From Thermoleophilia bacterium (GTDB lineage Bacteria; Actinomycetota; Thermoleophilia; RBG-16-64-13), in contig JAXGIS010000003.1 in NCBI GenBank assembly GCA_040770645.1, positions 1,278 to 65,277 on the forward strand: a stretch of 64,000 bases of DNA, in the 5' to 3' direction. Below, one piece after another: positions 60,899 to 64,000 of the stretch; the stretch's first letter is position 1; the number at the start of each line of letters is the position of its first letter. The notes beneath the pieces are model-generated. The model did no database searches, was not told where the DNA came from, and worked only from the letters and a program-made list of their open reading frames with translations. The translations under genes and the position numbers were made by a program.

Positions 60899-60958
60899 TG
60901 AGATGAAGTGCGCCGGCCGGCTGCGCAGGCCGGCGGCACGAGGAGGATACGTGGCGAT

Positions 60959-62379
<1,421 letters not shown>

Positions 62380-62382
62380 GCT

Positions 62383-62832
62383 GTGGCCTCAGGACAGCAG
62401 GACACCCCGTTCCTTCGGGTGGAGGTTGTCGACCCTGACGGGCTGACTTTTGAGGGCGATGTGGCCATGGTGGTCATCCCGGCCGCATACGGCGAGATCG
62501 GGATCTTGCCTCAGCACGCGCCGTTGGTGGCGAAACTCGACATCGGCGAGTTGCGGGTGAAAACGCTCGGCAATCAGTGGATGTCGTTGGCGGTGGCCGA
62601 GGGCTTCGTTCTGGTGCAGCAGGATCGCGTGATCGTGTTGGCCGACTCGGCTGAACTGGCCAGTGAGATAGATGAGGAGAAGGCCATCCGCGCCCGCGAC
62701 CGTGCGTTGGCCAATCTGGCCATGATCAAAGAAGGGAAGGTGCCCGAGGGGCAGGAGAAGCTCTATCCCTTCCGTGAGCAGATGGCTCTCAAAGCCGCCC
62801 TGAATCGCCTGAAGGTGCTCCGCAAAGCGTAG
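62383..62832 (+). CDS. atpC: F0F1 ATP synthase subunit epsilon
   Basis: 149 aa with a GTG start, at the last position of the atp operon. Confidence 0.88.
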   Translation: MASGQQDTPFLRVEVVDPDGLTFEGDVAMVVIPAAYGEIGILPQHAPLVAKLDIGELRVKTLGNQWMSLAVAEGFVLVQQDRVIVLADSAELASEIDEEKAIRARDRALANLAMIKEGKVPEGQEKLYPFREQMALKAALNRLKVLRKA

Positions 62833-62857
62833 GCAGACCGTCAGGGAGCCGATGTCC

Positions 62858-64000
62858 ATGACCGCAGGGACCGATTCTCGGTACCTGATCCGGGGAGGCG
62901 TCCGCCTCTCCGGACGGGTGCCGGTTTCCGGGGCGAAGAACTCCGCGTTGAAGCTCATGGCCGCCGCACTGTTGGCGCCGGCCACCTACACGCTGCGCAA
63001 CGTCCCCAGTATTCAAGATGTCTACACCATGAGCGAGGTGCTCCAGCATCTGGGCGCGGAAGTCGCGTTTGCCGACGGAGTCATGCGCATAGACACCACG
63101 GGCGTGGCCAGCCAAACGGCCCCGTACGAGCTGGTGCAGCGGATGCGGGCGTCCATCCAAATCATGGGGCCCTTGGTGGCGCATTTCGGGCAGGCCCGCG
63201 TGGCCATGCCCGGGGGCTGCAATCTAGGCCCCCGAAAGATAGACATCCACCTGCGGGGTCTCACCCAACTGGGCGCCGAGATCAAGTCGGATCATGGATT
63301 CGTGGAGGTCAAGGCCCCCCGTCTGACCGGCACCTACATACTGCTCGAGTACCCGAGCGTGGGGGCCACTGAGAACCTCATGATGGCCGCCGTGCGTGCG
63401 GAGGGCGAGACCACCATAGACAACTCCGCTCGGGAGCCCGAAATAGTGGACCTGAGCAAGTTCCTCATCAGCATGGGAGCCGACATCGAGGGAGCGGGAA
63501 CCTCCACCATCAAGGTGCGTGGTGTATCCGAACTCCACGGAGCGGAGCACACGGTGATCGGCGATCGGATCGAGGCCGGCACATACCTGGTGGCGGGAGC
63601 CATCACGGGCGGTGAGGTGGAGGTGGAAGGCATCAGCCCGCGTGTCCTCGACATCTTCCTCTCCAAACTGCGTTCCATCGGTGTACATGTGCAGGAGAAC
63701 TCACGGTCCATCAAGGCGAGTGGGGACGTTGGGCAGTATGTGGGTACCGATATCGCTACTCTCCCGTATCCCGGATTCGCCACGGATCTGCAGGCTCAGA
63801 CCATGGCGTTGCTCTCTGTGGCCCAGGGGCCGTCGATCGTGACTGAGAACGTTTTTGAGAGTCGCTTCGTCTTTGTGGATGAGTTGATTCGGCTGGGTGC
63901 GCACATCAAGGTGACCGGGCACCACGCCGTGGTCAACGGGGGCCATCCGCTCACGGGAGCCATCGTCAGGTGCTCCGATCTGCGGGCGGGAGCGGCCTTG
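62858..64000 (+). CDS. murA: UDP-N-acetylglucosamine 1-carboxyvinyltransferase, 3'-partial (runs off the window)
   Basis: This gene is absent from the ORF track because the window holds no stop. My manual translation stays in frame to 64000. It reads MTAGTDSRYLIRGGVRLSGRVPVSGAKNSALKLMAAALLA, with the catalytic Cys in MPGGCNLGPRKIDIH and later PYPGFATDLQAQ. ATG 62852 is an alternative start. Confidence 0.9.
   Translation, partial: MTAGTDSRYLIRGGVRLSGRVPVSGAKNSALKLMAAALLAPATYTLRNVPSIQDVYTMSEVLQHLGAEVAFADGVMRIDTTGVASQTAPYELVQRMRASIQIMGPLVAHFGQARVAMPGGCNLGPRKIDIHLRGLTQLGAEIKSDHGFVEVKAPRLTGTYILLEYPSVGATENLMMAAVRAEGETTIDNSAREPEIVDLSKFLISMGADIEGAGTSTIKVRGVSELHGAEHTVIGDRIEAGTYLVAGAITGGEVEVEGISPRVLDIFLSKLRSIGVHVQENSRSIKASGDVGQYVGTDIATLPYPGFATDLQAQTMALLSVAQGPSIVTENVFESRFVFVDELIRLGAHIKVTGHHAVVNGGHPLTGAIVRCSDLRAGAAL

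Overview
GC-rich (by eye about 60%, not computed) bacterial chromosomal segment made almost entirely of core housekeeping genes, nearly all on the + strand. Gene order: hyuA-hyuB (ATP-dependent hydantoinase/oxoprolinase pair), a FadR/GntR regulator, a convergent glutamine-synthetase-family gene, a small membrane protein, a decayed PAS fragment and a ttcA-like PP-loop ATPase. Then tRNA-Tyr/Thr/Met, rpmG, tRNA-Trp, secE, nusG, rplKAJL, rpoBC, rpsLG, fusA, tuf, and the complete S10/spc/alpha ribosomal-protein operons (rpsJ to rplQ, including secY, adk, map, infA, rpmJ, rpoA). Then ecfA1-ecfA2-ecfT, truA, rplM-rpsI, acpS, nnr, a CBS protein, a cca-family nucleotidyltransferase, rpmE, DUF1385, prfA, prmC, tsaC, rpiB, glyA, dCMP deaminase, atpIBEFHAGDC and murA, which runs off the 3' end. 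The rplQ-ecfAAT-truA-rplM and prfA...glyA...atp...murA synteny resembles Firmicutes/Terrabacteria. I see no CRISPR array, mobile element, defence or toxin system, and no convincing novel system. The most striking property is about 35-40 reading-frame changes (manual count) inside universally essential genes. They cluster strongly at 8.9-10.05 kb and 25.36-26.56 kb, while about 12.6-25.3 kb (rpoB to tuf) is essentially clean. Many sit in homopolymer or GC runs, and tRNA-Trp also looks 1-2 nt short, so consensus indel error is the parsimonious reading, but it needs read-level checking. The most interesting biological items are an alpha-CTD-like helix-hairpin-helix domain at the C-terminus of RpoC, a large insertion near the RpoC N-terminus, a damaged 5' end of the cca-family gene next to an AT-rich patch, and the hyuAB/GntR/GS-like accessory corner. 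Coordinates of frameshifted genes are approximate.
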